DNA of 13,325 nucleotides, from IMG/VR virus record IMGVR_UViG_2724679541_000003, one strand, 5' to 3'. Both the position numbers and the translations under genes were made by a program. This document shows, piece by piece, positions 1 through 7,703 of this stretch (position 1 is its first letter; the number at the start of each line of letters is the position of its first letter). The notes under the pieces were generated by a model. That model did no database searches, was not told where the DNA came from, and saw only the letters and a program-made list of their open reading frames with translations. The stretch comes from a virus (lineage: Duplodnaviria; Heunggongvirae; Uroviricota; Caudoviricetes).

Positions 1-233
1 AGCATATTGTGTTCACACTCCCCTGCCAGTACTGGTCCCTGGTGTTCCACAACCGGTGGTTACTGGCAGAGATGAGCCGCATTGCAGCGGATGTGATACT
101 GGAAATCTGCCATCAGGCAGATGTGGAGCCGGGGATATTCACGGTGATCCACACATGGGGTTACTTAACGTCAAACGCCCGAATTGAAGCCAAATCATCC
201 AGACTGCTCAGCTCCTCTTTCATCTCCCGCTGA
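1..233 (+). CDS. Possible 3' end of a convergent gene entering from upstream of the window (hypothetical protein, 5'-partial)
   Basis: The frame of ORF 9..233 is open from nt 3 (cat att gtg ...), so the ORF may continue beyond the window start. I do not recognise the product. Its last ~24 codons overlap the 3' end of the minus-strand tfa-like gene and are low-complexity (SSRLLSSSFISR). Lambda has leftward b-region genes convergent with the tail operon, so this orientation is plausible, but the coding status is unproven. Confidence 0.2.
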   Translation, partial: HIVFTLPCQYWSLVFHNRWLLAEMSRIAADVILEICHQADVEPGIFTVIHTWGYLTSNARIEAKSSRLLSSSFISR

Positions 234-724
234 CGGCGATAAATCTCATCGTTGCGATCGACCTGCGCCTGCACCATTGCTGCCGCCAGTTCTTCCAGTT
301 CCGGCATCGACAGTTTCACCTGCTGATTATCCGCATCACTCCACACCATATGTGTTTGTGCCGCGACAGATTTTGCCAGCATGACCACCGGGGACAGGCG
401 GGCCACTGACGAGGCGTCAGCGTTCCACGTGCGGCCGTTCCATTCAAACGTGAACGGCTTCGCCTCCTGTTCTGTGCGCCATGCTTCAATTTCCTGACGT
501 CTGGCCTCTCTGGCCGCTTCCAGCATTTCTGGTGTCACAGTGAATGGGGCTATCTCACCCCATTTGCCACTTTGCAGTTCCTGCCAGATTTGCTGACCCG
601 TCGGTGCAACATCATCAGCGGTGGCTGTGTAGGGAACTGCCTGGTCCCTGTCGTCAAAAAAAACGTCACAGTCTACTGCGCCACTTTCGGTATAACGGGG
701 ATTAATGATTTTTTTAATTTCCAC
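161..724 (-). CDS. Tail fibre assembly-like protein, possibly DUF4376-like C-terminal region (about 187 aa from a GTG start)
   Basis: ORF 161..784 with TAA stop at 161-163. Preferred start is GTG at 722-724, preceded on the minus strand by GAGGAA with 6-nt spacing, giving N-terminus (M)EIKKIINPRY. The alternative ATG at 782-784 lacks a good Shine-Dalgarno and would overlap the upstream ORF. The C-terminal half (FEWNGRTWNADASS ... charged helical tail) resembles phage tail-fibre-assembly / DUF4376-type proteins from memory only. Position directly downstream of stf matches lambda tfa. Confidence 0.55.
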   Translation of the reverse strand: MEIKKIINPRYTESGAVDCDVFFDDRDQAVPYTATADDVAPTGQQIWQELQSGKWGEIAPFTVTPEMLEAAREARRQEIEAWRTEQEAKPFTFEWNGRTWNADASSVARLSPVVMLAKSVAAQTHMVWSDADNQQVKLSMPELEELAAAMVQAQVDRNDEIYRRQREMKEELSSLDDLASIRAFDVK

Positions 725-734
725 GGTGCATTCC

Positions 735-1088
735 TCACGATGTGCGAATAAAAAGCCCGGGCATTGCGCCAGAGACATGTGCATCCGGCACCCCGGACAG
801 GGCGCAATATGACCCCGGTAATGAATGCTCTGAACATCCCGTAATGAAAAATTGTGGGGATGCTATATACGTTCCGGTGGGAGTACCGGGCACTGAAATC
901 CCCACCGGTCCCAGTCGTGAGCCTCTGTATGACTGCCCCCTGACAAGTCTGATGACTTTATCACCGTCAGCTTCTCCCTGGTACGCAGCAATAATCAGCC
1001 CGCCAATGTCAGGGTCTCCCCATCTGTTGCGGACAGAGCTCGCCACGATTCTGTAAATAATATCTTCTGTGGTTATATTTATTTTCAC
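735..1088 (-). CDS. Hypothetical 117-aa protein between stf and the tfa-like gene
   Basis: ORF 735..1088. The GTG start at 1086-1088 overlaps the stf TGA stop (1085-1087) as GTGA, which suggests translational coupling. The first ~55 aa (MKINITTEDIIYRIVASSVRNRWGDPDIGGLIIAAYQGEADGDKVIRLVRGQ) look protein-like; the C-terminal half is Pro/Gly/Ser-rich and may be non-coding read-through. No family recognised. Confidence 0.3.
   Translation of the reverse strand: MKINITTEDIIYRIVASSVRNRWGDPDIGGLIIAAYQGEADGDKVIRLVRGQSYRGSRLGPVGISVPGTPTGTYIASPQFFITGCSEHSLPGSYCALSGVPDAHVSGAMPGLFIRTS
763..808. repeat. Perfect 8-bp inverted repeat ATTGCGCC ... GGCGCAAT separated by 30 nt
   Basis: Plus strand 763-770 attgcgcc and 801-808 ggcgcaat are exact reverse complements; the spacer contains two CCGG motifs. 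It lies 39-85 nt upstream of the preferred tfa-like GTG start and spans the alternative ATG at 782-784. Confidence 0.5.
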
Positions 1089-2146
1089 CCAGTCAGTCTG
1101 GATATGGGCCAGTAGCGGTAGCGGGTGTGATAAATGGGGCCGTTAATGCCGTAAAAAGTAAGGGATTTGGCTCTGTACCGCGGTTCTGTTGTCTCAGGGC
1201 GTGCATCAGTCCACCGGATGCTGAGCACCCCTTCAAACCGTGTGTCGGGTATGATGATGCCGTAGGGGCCAGCAACGGAATATTCACCTGGCAGCGCATT
1301 CCTTACCCAGGCCAGGAAATCACTCTTAGTGTCAAAACGGATAACATCTTCAGGCAGAAAAGCACACCCAAAGCCGAATGCGCCGGGTATCGCCAGACGG
1401 CCTTTTGTCCGGTCGTAAATGTCGCTCTGTGCTTCCATCGTGGCCGCACTTTTCAGCCCCAGATTATCCCGGGACTTCTGTTGTGCCTTTTCGCCTGCTG
1501 CTGCGATTTCTGACAGATGGTTAGCCATTTTCAGAGTGCCGGTCAGCGCAGCATCAATGTCATTTTTGGCCTGTTCTGCTGCGCGGGCATAACCTGCGGC
1601 ATCCTGTGCGCTCTGTCCGGCTGCGGCTGCATTTGCTCCTGTGCTTGTCACATCTTCCGCAGTGGCCTTTCTGTCCTCAGCTGTGACGGTTGCATCCTGT
1701 CGGGCTTTCTCCGCAAAACGTTGTGCATCATCACGGGCCGTTGCGGCTGCCGCCACATCCTGCGCCGTCTGCTGTGCGTTTCCGGCTGCAGCCCCGGCAC
1801 TCTGCTGCGCCTGCGCCACCATTTCCTCAAAGCGCTTCATCACCTCCGGACGTAAATCACCATCCTTTGGTGCATTCAGAAACGCGTTCAGTGTCCCCGG
1901 TGCATCAGTCGGTGCCACATCAATATCCCCGACACGGGTTGGCTGCCAGCCGTTACAGTGAAGCGCAACCTCGTAATACCCCGGCTCAGCCTCAATCACA
2001 TAAGCACCGTTATTGTCCGTCACGCAAGTGGCAACAACGTGTGCCACAACGGTCGGACTGGTTCTTCTGGCCCGCAGTTCAATCGCACAATTTACGACAG
2101 GTTTACCCGCCCCATCTTTCAGTACACCTGAAATCTTTACTGCCAT
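1085..2146 (-). CDS. stf: Side tail fibre protein, Stf-like, short form (353 aa)
   Basis: N-terminus MAVKISGVLKDGAGKPVVNCAIELRARRTSPTVV closely matches the lambda Stf N-terminus as recalled (MAVKISGVLKDGTGKPVQNCTIQLKA...). ATG at 2144-2146 is preceded by GGGGTG. The ORF's upstream 14 codons (to 2188) run through the intergenic terminator hairpin and are rejected. An Ala/Gln-rich low-complexity middle is followed by a C-terminal ~110-aa domain I do not recognise. Confidence 0.8.
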   Translation of the reverse strand: MAVKISGVLKDGAGKPVVNCAIELRARRTSPTVVAHVVATCVTDNNGAYVIEAEPGYYEVALHCNGWQPTRVGDIDVAPTDAPGTLNAFLNAPKDGDLRPEVMKRFEEMVAQAQQSAGAAAGNAQQTAQDVAAAATARDDAQRFAEKARQDATVTAEDRKATAEDVTSTGANAAAAGQSAQDAAGYARAAEQAKNDIDAALTGTLKMANHLSEIAAAGEKAQQKSRDNLGLKSAATMEAQSDIYDRTKGRLAIPGAFGFGCAFLPEDVIRFDTKSDFLAWVRNALPGEYSVAGPYGIIIPDTRFEGVLSIRWTDARPETTEPRYRAKSLTFYGINGPIYHTRYRYWPISRLTG

Positions 2147-2153
2147 ATTCACC

Positions 2154-2183
2154 CCACAAAAAGCCCGCCTGAACCAGCGGGCT
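2154..2183 (-). terminator. Intrinsic terminator-like hairpin between lom and stf
   Basis: Minus-strand RNA: AGCCCGC-UGGUUCAG-GCGGGCU (7-bp stem, plus coordinates 2162-2168 / 2177-2183) followed by UUUUGUGGGG. It sits 27 nt after the lom stop and just upstream of the stf RBS. Confidence 0.5.
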
Positions 2184-2209
2184 GTCATAACACTGTGTTA
2201 CCTGGCTAA

Positions 2210-2809
2210 TCAGAACTTATAACCGACACCCACGATGAAACCGTCAGTGCGCCAGTCGCCACTGCCGGAACCTTCATAAGCAAGGTCAATGGCCACGGAT
2301 TCGGTCGGGTTAAACTGCACGCCAGCCCCCCACGCCAGAGACGTGTTGCTGTGGCGGTTGTCATCACTCCCGGTCAGCACATCGTGCGTTTTCCCCTTGT
2401 TGTCAGTTACGCGGAGATAATCCCCGGAGAAGGTCGACACACGGCTGTAAGCCACGCCCGCCATCGCATACGCGCTGAACCATTCATTCACGCGCACAGA
2501 CAGCCCCGCCATCACGCTGAACCAGCGGTTACGCACGGAATCCTCATGCCAGCGGGTATCACTGTAATGCGTTTTTTGCTCATCTTCAGCGTTGGCATAG
2601 CTGAATGACGTCACCAGCCCCAGCGTGTCCGTAAACTCATAACGGTATTTCACGTTAATCCCGTTCAGATCATCACTGCCGGGAGCGTTCGTCGAGGCAT
2701 GAAGATACCCCGCGCTCAGCGTGGACTGATGTTCAGACGCCCATGCAGGCGCACCGGATACAGCCAGACAGATGGCTGCGGACAAAATGGCAGCATAAAG
2801 TTTACGCAT
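2210..2809 (-). CDS. lom: Lom / Ail / PagC-family outer-membrane beta-barrel protein (199 aa), lysogenic-conversion moron
   Basis: Signal peptide [24 protein letters not shown]. The C-terminus [20 protein letters not shown] and the internal GINVKYRYE and SVMAG motifs match lambda Lom as recalled. RBS GAGAGG is 5 nt upstream of the ATG at 2807-2809. Position immediately after J is as in lambda. Confidence 0.9.
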   Translation of the reverse strand: MRKLYAAILSAAICLAVSGAPAWASEHQSTLSAGYLHASTNAPGSDDLNGINVKYRYEFTDTLGLVTSFSYANAEDEQKTHYSDTRWHEDSVRNRWFSVMAGLSVRVNEWFSAYAMAGVAYSRVSTFSGDYLRVTDNKGKTHDVLTGSDDNRHSNTSLAWGAGVQFNPTESVAIDLAYEGSGSGDWRTDGFIVGVGYKF

Positions 2810-2830
2810 AATTACCTCTCGCTTTTCTGC

Positions 2831-2857
2831 AATAAAAAAGGCACCATTTCTGGTGCC
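2831..2857 (-). terminator. Rho-independent terminator between J and lom
   Basis: Minus-strand RNA: GGCACCA-GAAA-UGGUGCC (7-bp stem, plus coordinates 2840-2846 / 2851-2857) followed directly by UUUUUUAUU (plus 2831-2839). Strong canonical architecture. Confidence 0.65.
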
Positions 2858-2876
2858 CGTATCTGGGTTATAAAAT

Positions 2877-5800
2877 TCAGCTGATACTGATACCTGCTGT
2901 GGATTTCTTCATCACAACAACCAGCAAATCGCTGATACTTGCTGTGGGATACCAGCCATTTACCAGCCATGCCGATACAGAAAACTCCAGCGTCATGTGA
3001 CCGTGACCGGCAGGCATATCAATAACACCCGTATATATCAGCGTATTATCCAGGGTCGTTCGGTTATAAATTTCAGCACCGTTTTTCTTCACTATCAGGC
3101 GGCATGACGAATAAATATTGTTATTCTTCCGCTCATGTTTAGCACCGCGAAACGCCACCGCGGGAATAACAATTTGCCGATCAAACGGCTGATCGTCATA
3201 AACCCTGACGGTAATGGTCCCTGATGGCCACCTCTCCGGTGCCCGGGAGTCCCGTGGGAAAGGTTTGCCCACTGTTTTAACGAGATCGCCTTCAATCTGG
3301 TTCGCGGACAATTTTCCCAGAACCCGACAGTTCTTATTAATCGTGACGTTGTTGAGCGTCCCGGAGTTCGCGTTCACGTTACCGCTGATATCGGCATTTT
3401 TCGCCGTCAGCCGTCCGCCAGGTGTCAGGGAAAATGCCGGAGGATTACCGCCGCTGGTAATGGTCGGAGCCGTCAGGCGTTTCAGGAACACGTCGTTCAT
3501 GAATATCTGATCGCCCTGACCAACAAACATCGGCTTTGTGTTGCCATTCGCAGGATTAATCATCGCAATCCTGTCTGCCGCCAGCAGCACCTGACTCTGC
3601 ATTCCTGCTGGCGTATTCTCAATACCGGCACCGATACCCGCAATATAAAGGCGTCCGTCCTTCATCTGTTGCAGCTTCACAGCCCACATGCTGTTCAGGT
3701 TATTATTTGTATCAACCTGAACTTTCTGTATCTGCTGGATTGCAGCACTCTGATTTTCCAGTTTTTTATTGACGGTTTGCGTGATTTCATTGCTGACATT
3801 CGTAATGGACGTCCTGATTTCAGTCAGGTCCGGCGCAAGCTGACCGTTATCAATCTGCGTCCACAACTCCTTGCCGAGATGCGTTTTATTGATCAACCCT
3901 TTATAAAAACTCAGATAACCTTCCGCATCATCGCTCGCCCGACCGACGGCCTCCACAAATGCCGATTTGCCAACGGTGTTCACACTGCGAACGTAAAAAT
4001 AATAATCATGGCCCGGCCTGATATTGATACTGGCGGCTATCCAGTACAGCGCCGTGCCAAGATAGCGGGCGCTGGTTTCAACCTGCCTGATATCCGCAAT
4101 CCGCTTTTCCGAAAACCAGAACTCAAACTGCACCGTCGGGTCATATACAGCCAGTTTCGGGACCACCGTTATCTGAAAATACCCCGGTATCAGTTCAATA
4201 GTGACAGGCGCTGCCGGTGCCGCAATCCGGAACGATACCGACGCCGGATCGCCCTGCTGCCCCCGGGCATTTACCGCCCGGACTGTCAGACTGTAATTCC
4301 CCAGCGCCAGCTGCCTGAAGCGGTATGTGGTTTCCGTCGTCCTGGCTGTGCTGACCAGCCGCTCACTGCCGTCGTCCGCTGCCACGGTCAGGCGAAGCAG
4401 GAAGCTCACACCCTTCACCACCTTCGGCGTGTCCCATCGCGCCAGCACCTGATATTCCCCGCTGTCTGCGGTGACTTCGGCGGTCAGATGCTGCACCGCT
4501 GGCGGCGTGACACCATTCACCGTGCCGCGCCGGTCACCGTCAAAGTGTGCCCCGTTATCCACGATGGCCTCTTTTTCCGGCACATGCTGCACGGCGGTGA
4601 TGGCATACGTGCCGTCGTCGTTCTCACGGATACTCACGCAGCGGAACAGGCGCTGGCGCAGCGTCGGCAGCTTCAGCCCCCACACGCTGTATTCTGCAAC
4701 GCCGTCAGGAACCCGGCTCACTTTCACCTTCACGCCGTCGGTGACGGACTGAACCTCCACGCTGACCGGATTGCCATTTCCGTCAACCAGGCTTATCAGC
4801 GTGGTACCGGAGGACGGCAGCGTGATTTCACGGTCGAGCGTCAGCGTCCGGGTCTGGCTGTTCACCGCCAGTACGCGACCACCGGTGCTGATACCGGCAT
4901 AATCATCATCGCAGATTTCAATGACATCACCCGGTACATGGCGAAGCCCTTCTGCGCCGACGCTGAAGTCCACGGTCTGCGTTTCCAGCAGTTCCGTTTT
5001 AATCAGCCACAGCCCGGCGCGGTGCGCCTGTCCCCGGCTGGTACAGCCAAAGGCATCCATCTTCGTGACGTTACGACCGTAACGGACAATGGCCTGCGTG
5101 TCCTCCACAAGCTCTGTCGCCGTCTCATGACCGTTGTCCGGATCAATCCAGTTCACCTCAACGACATTATGGCGGTCCTTCAGGGCGCTGAAGCTGTAGC
5201 GGAACGGCGCGCCATCATCCGGCATCACCACATTACTGCGGTTATAGGTCCACACTTTATCCGACGGTCGGTCCTGCACGAACGTCAGCGTCTGCCCGTT
5301 CCATACCGGCATACAGCGCATCGCCGAGCAGAAATCACTGAGAACATCCCACGCCTTACGCTGTGTGGTCAGGTAAGCGTTACAGGTGATGCGCGGCTCC
5401 GTGCCGCCAAATCCGTCCGGCACTGACTGGTCGCAGTACTGGCCGATGACATACAGCGCCCATTTGTCCACATCTGCCGCACCAAGACGTTTCCCCATGC
5501 CGTAGCGCGGATGAGTGAGCATGTCCCACAGACACCAGGCCATGTTGTTGCTGTATGCTGGCTTAAGCGTTCCGTCCCAGATACCGCTGTATTGCCGCGT
5601 CTGCGGGTTATAGTTCGACGGCACCTGCAGAATGCGCCCGCGAAGATGATAATTGCGACTCACCTGCTGGTTACCGAACTGCTCTGAATCCACCTGCACG
5701 CCGACCAGCGCCGTGTTCGGGTAGCACTGTTTCACATCGATGATTTCGGTGTACGACGACCAGAGCGTTTTGTTCTGCAGCTGGTCTGTGGTGCTGTCCG

Positions 5801-6356
5801 GTGTCATCCTGCGCATCCGGATATTAAACGGGCGCGGCGGCAGGTTACCCACCACCACCGAGGCCAGATACTGCGAAGTGGTTTTGCCCTTAATGGTGAT
5901 GTCTTTTTCCGTCACCCAGCCACCGTTACGCTGTATCTGAACCAGCAGGCGGACTTCCGACGGATTCCGGTCCCCCTTTGAGGTGGTTTCCACCAGTGCC
6001 TGCACACCGAAGGTCAGGCGCAGACGATCAATGTTTGCCGACGTGATGGTCCGGGTGATCGGCGTGTCGTATTTCACTTCCGTACCCAGCACAGTCTCTG
6101 AGCCGGAAGATTCAAACCCCTCCGGCGGTGTCTGCTCCTGCTCGCCGGCGCGGAACACCACCGTAACACCGGAAAAGTTTGTCTTCCCCTCGCTATCCAG
6201 GACCGGCGTACCGTTCAGCAGCACGCTTTTTAATCCATCCACCGGACCGTCAACCGGCCCTTCGCTGATGGCATCAATCACACTCAGCAACTGCGTGGAT
6301 TTCAGGTTGTCCTTCGCTTCGCGCGGGGTATGCCCCTTACTGCTGCCTTTACCCAT
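2877..6356 (-). CDS. J: Central tail fibre / host specificity protein J (1159 aa)
   Basis: N-terminal ~850 aa is near-identical to lambda gpJ as recalled ([34 protein letters not shown] ...), including fibronectin-III-like segments. ATG at 6354-6356 with GGAG 8 nt upstream; TGA at 2877-2879. The C-terminal ~250-300 aa diverges from lambda. Confidence 0.95.
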   Translation of the reverse strand: MGKGSSKGHTPREAKDNLKSTQLLSVIDAISEGPVDGPVDGLKSVLLNGTPVLDSEGKTNFSGVTVVFRAGEQEQTPPEGFESSGSETVLGTEVKYDTPITRTITSANIDRLRLTFGVQALVETTSKGDRNPSEVRLLVQIQRNGGWVTEKDITIKGKTTSQYLASVVVGNLPPRPFNIRMRRMTPDSTTDQLQNKTLWSSYTEIIDVKQCYPNTALVGVQVDSEQFGNQQVSRNYHLRGRILQVPSNYNPQTRQYSGIWDGTLKPAYSNNMAWCLWDMLTHPRYGMGKRLGAADVDKWALYVIGQYCDQSVPDGFGGTEPRITCNAYLTTQRKAWDVLSDFCSAMRCMPVWNGQTLTFVQDRPSDKVWTYNRSNVVMPDDGAPFRYSFSALKDRHNVVEVNWIDPDNGHETATELVEDTQAIVRYGRNVTKMDAFGCTSRGQAHRAGLWLIKTELLETQTVDFSVGAEGLRHVPGDVIEICDDDYAGISTGGRVLAVNSQTRTLTLDREITLPSSGTTLISLVDGNGNPVSVEVQSVTDGVKVKVSRVPDGVAEYSVWGLKLPTLRQRLFRCVSIRENDDGTYAITAVQHVPEKEAIVDNGAHFDGDRRGTVNGVTPPAVQHLTAEVTADSGEYQVLARWDTPKVVKGVSFLLRLTVAADDGSERLVSTARTTETTYRFRQLALGNYSLTVRAVNARGQQGDPASVSFRIAAPAAPVTIELIPGYFQITVVPKLAVYDPTVQFEFWFSEKRIADIRQVETSARYLGTALYWIAASINIRPGHDYYFYVRSVNTVGKSAFVEAVGRASDDAEGYLSFYKGLINKTHLGKELWTQIDNGQLAPDLTEIRTSITNVSNEITQTVNKKLENQSAAIQQIQKVQVDTNNNLNSMWAVKLQQMKDGRLYIAGIGAGIENTPAGMQSQVLLAADRIAMINPANGNTKPMFVGQGDQIFMNDVFLKRLTAPTITSGGNPPAFSLTPGGRLTAKNADISGNVNANSGTLNNVTINKNCRVLGKLSANQIEGDLVKTVGKPFPRDSRAPERWPSGTITVRVYDDQPFDRQIVIPAVAFRGAKHERKNNNIYSSCRLIVKKNGAEIYNRTTLDNTLIYTGVIDMPAGHGHMTLEFSVSAWLVNGWYPTASISDLLVVVMKKSTAGISIS

Positions 6357-6365
6357 TCCTCACGC

Positions 6366-6398
6366 TCCATAAACGACAAAACCGCCCGCAGGCGGTTT
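6366..6398 (-). other. GC-rich hairpin in the I-J intergenic region (weak terminator or attenuator-like)
   Basis: Minus-strand RNA: AAACCGCC-UGCG-GGCGGUUU (8-bp stem, plus coordinates 6379-6386 / 6391-6398) followed by UGUCGUUUAU, then the J RBS. The U-tract is interrupted, so termination is doubtful. Confidence 0.3.
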
Positions 6399-6416
6399 CA
6401 CATGAAACATTTTGCA

Positions 6417-7058
6417 TCAGCGACCAATCACCACAACCTGACCACCATCCCCTTCGTCTGCCGTGCTGATCTCCTGAGATACCACCCGCGACCCCACGCG
6501 CATTTCACCGTACAGAACAGGCAGAACATTGCCCTGGGCAACCATGTTATCCAGTGAGGAGAAACAGGTGTTCTGTTTGCCGTTATCCGTTGTCTGTGTA
6601 CGGGGAGTTCTGGCTTTCGGTGCCAGCATCTGTGCAACACCGCCAAGCGTCATACTGGCACCGAGAGAAAACAGCAGATTACTCGCCATAATTCCTACCC
6701 CCGGCATCCATATAGCAACCGCCATAACAGCTGCCCCCAGCACCGCCTGAAACACACCGCCACTTTTAGCTCCCACCAGACGCGGTACTATGTGGATCAC
6801 TGCACCATTTGCCAGCGGCTCATTAAGACGGGCAGACAATTCGGTTTCACCTGCATCACGCCCGGCAATGCGCACCTGATACCAGCCGTCACTCAGTTTC
6901 TGACGAAACGCCGGGAGCTGTGTGGCCAGTGCGCGGATGGCTTCAGCCCCCGTTTTCACACGAAGGTCGATGCGGCGGCCAAATCGTTGCAAATCCCCGT
7001 AAAGGCAGATGCGTGCCATTCCCGGTGACGCCAGAGGGAGTGTGTGCGTCGCTGCCAT
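6417..7058 (-). CDS. I: Tail assembly protein I (213 aa)
   Basis: MAATHTLPLASPGMARICLYGDLQRFGRRIDLRVKTGAEAIRALATQLPAFRQKLSDGWYQVRIAGRD and the C-terminus NGKQNT.FSSLDNMVAQGNVLPVLYGEMRVGSRVVSQEISTADEGDGGQVVVIGR match lambda gpI as recalled. The 5' end overlaps the K 3' end by 103 nt. Confidence 0.9.
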   Translation of the reverse strand: MAATHTLPLASPGMARICLYGDLQRFGRRIDLRVKTGAEAIRALATQLPAFRQKLSDGWYQVRIAGRDAGETELSARLNEPLANGAVIHIVPRLVGAKSGGVFQAVLGAAVMAVAIWMPGVGIMASNLLFSLGASMTLGGVAQMLAPKARTPRTQTTDNGKQNTCFSSLDNMVAQGNVLPVLYGEMRVGSRVVSQEISTADEGDGGQVVVIGR

Positions 7059-7699
7059 TTGTCGGTATACCTCTCTCGTTTACTCAGTTGTTCAGGAATA
7101 TGGTGCAGCAGCTCACCATCGCCGCAGTAAATGGCGGCATGATTCGGCACCGATGAACCAAAACAGCACAGCAGCACATCGCCCGGTTGTGCTGATGACA
7201 ACGGCACCTGATACAGCCCTGTGGCCTCCAGATTATCCAGATAGAGATTCTGACCGTGACGCCACCAGTCATCCCCGCGATGAAAATCCGGCATCTCAAT
7301 CCCCGCCAGATGATAAGCATCCCGGAACAGCGTGTAACAGTCCGTCACCCCGTGCTCAAAGCGCCGCCCGGTGAGATGCGGCACACAGCGGAACTTGTGA
7401 ATCGTCCCCCGGCAGACCAGCCACCACGGCAAATCACTCTGCACCTGCAGCCGCCGGTCAGCCTCACTCAGCCAGGGCAGACCACCGGGATGACTGTGGA
7501 CCAGTGCCACAATCTCACCCTGCATTTGTGCCCGCAGCCAGTCCTCCGGAGCCATCCGGAACCGTTCCTCCGGCTCACCGGAGATATTCTCGCTGGGAAG
7601 ATACCTGTCTCCCTCCGGCGTTCTCACCACGAAGCCACACGACTCCGCTGGCGCACATCGCCGGGCGTGCGCCAGAATCGCTGATTCTGTCTGTGTCAT
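6956..7699 (-). CDS. K: Tail assembly protein K (247 aa as called here): N-terminal JAB/MPN metalloprotease-like domain plus C-terminal NlpC/P60-like domain
   Basis: Near-identical to lambda gpK as recalled. JAMM motif H-S-H-x7-S-x2-D is present (EIVALVHSHPGGLPWLSEAD); the NlpC/P60-type Cys (GVTDCYTLF) and downstream His residues (NHAAIYCGDGELLHH) are present. Start chosen at ATG 7697-7699 (MTQTESAILAHARRC), 5 nt after the L stop; the ORF-track start at 7963 would overlap L and is rejected. Confidence 0.9.
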   Translation of the reverse strand: MTQTESAILAHARRCAPAESCGFVVRTPEGDRYLPSENISGEPEERFRMAPEDWLRAQMQGEIVALVHSHPGGLPWLSEADRRLQVQSDLPWWLVCRGTIHKFRCVPHLTGRRFEHGVTDCYTLFRDAYHLAGIEMPDFHRGDDWWRHGQNLYLDNLEATGLYQVPLSSAQPGDVLLCCFGSSVPNHAAIYCGDGELLHHIPEQLSKRERYTDKWQRRTHSLWRHREWHASAFTGICNDLAAASTFV

Positions 7700-7703
7700 G
7701 GAT

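Noticed and set aside
105-122. Inverted repeat ATCTGCC-ATCA-GGCAGAT downstream of the tfa-like stop
   Set aside because: Considered as the operon's final terminator, but no U-tract follows on the minus strand, so it is not supported as an intrinsic terminator.
742-1056. 104-aa plus-strand ORF
   Set aside because: Pro/Ser/Gly-rich translation with no RBS or homology signal; antisense to the minus-strand 117-aa ORF in the stf-tfa spacer.
161-2146. Gin/Pin/Cin-type invertible tail-fibre switching segment
   Set aside because: No serine-invertase ORF is present in the window, no inverted duplicate of the tfa or stf 3' ends was seen, and the inverted repeat at 763-808 does not resemble the 26-bp hix/gix crossover consensus as I recall it.
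3669-5426. 585-aa plus-strand ORF
   Set aside because: It lies antisense to the strongly supported J gene. The translation is Arg/His/Pro-rich with no recognisable domains, which is the typical shadow ORF produced by GC-rich coding sequence on the opposite strand.
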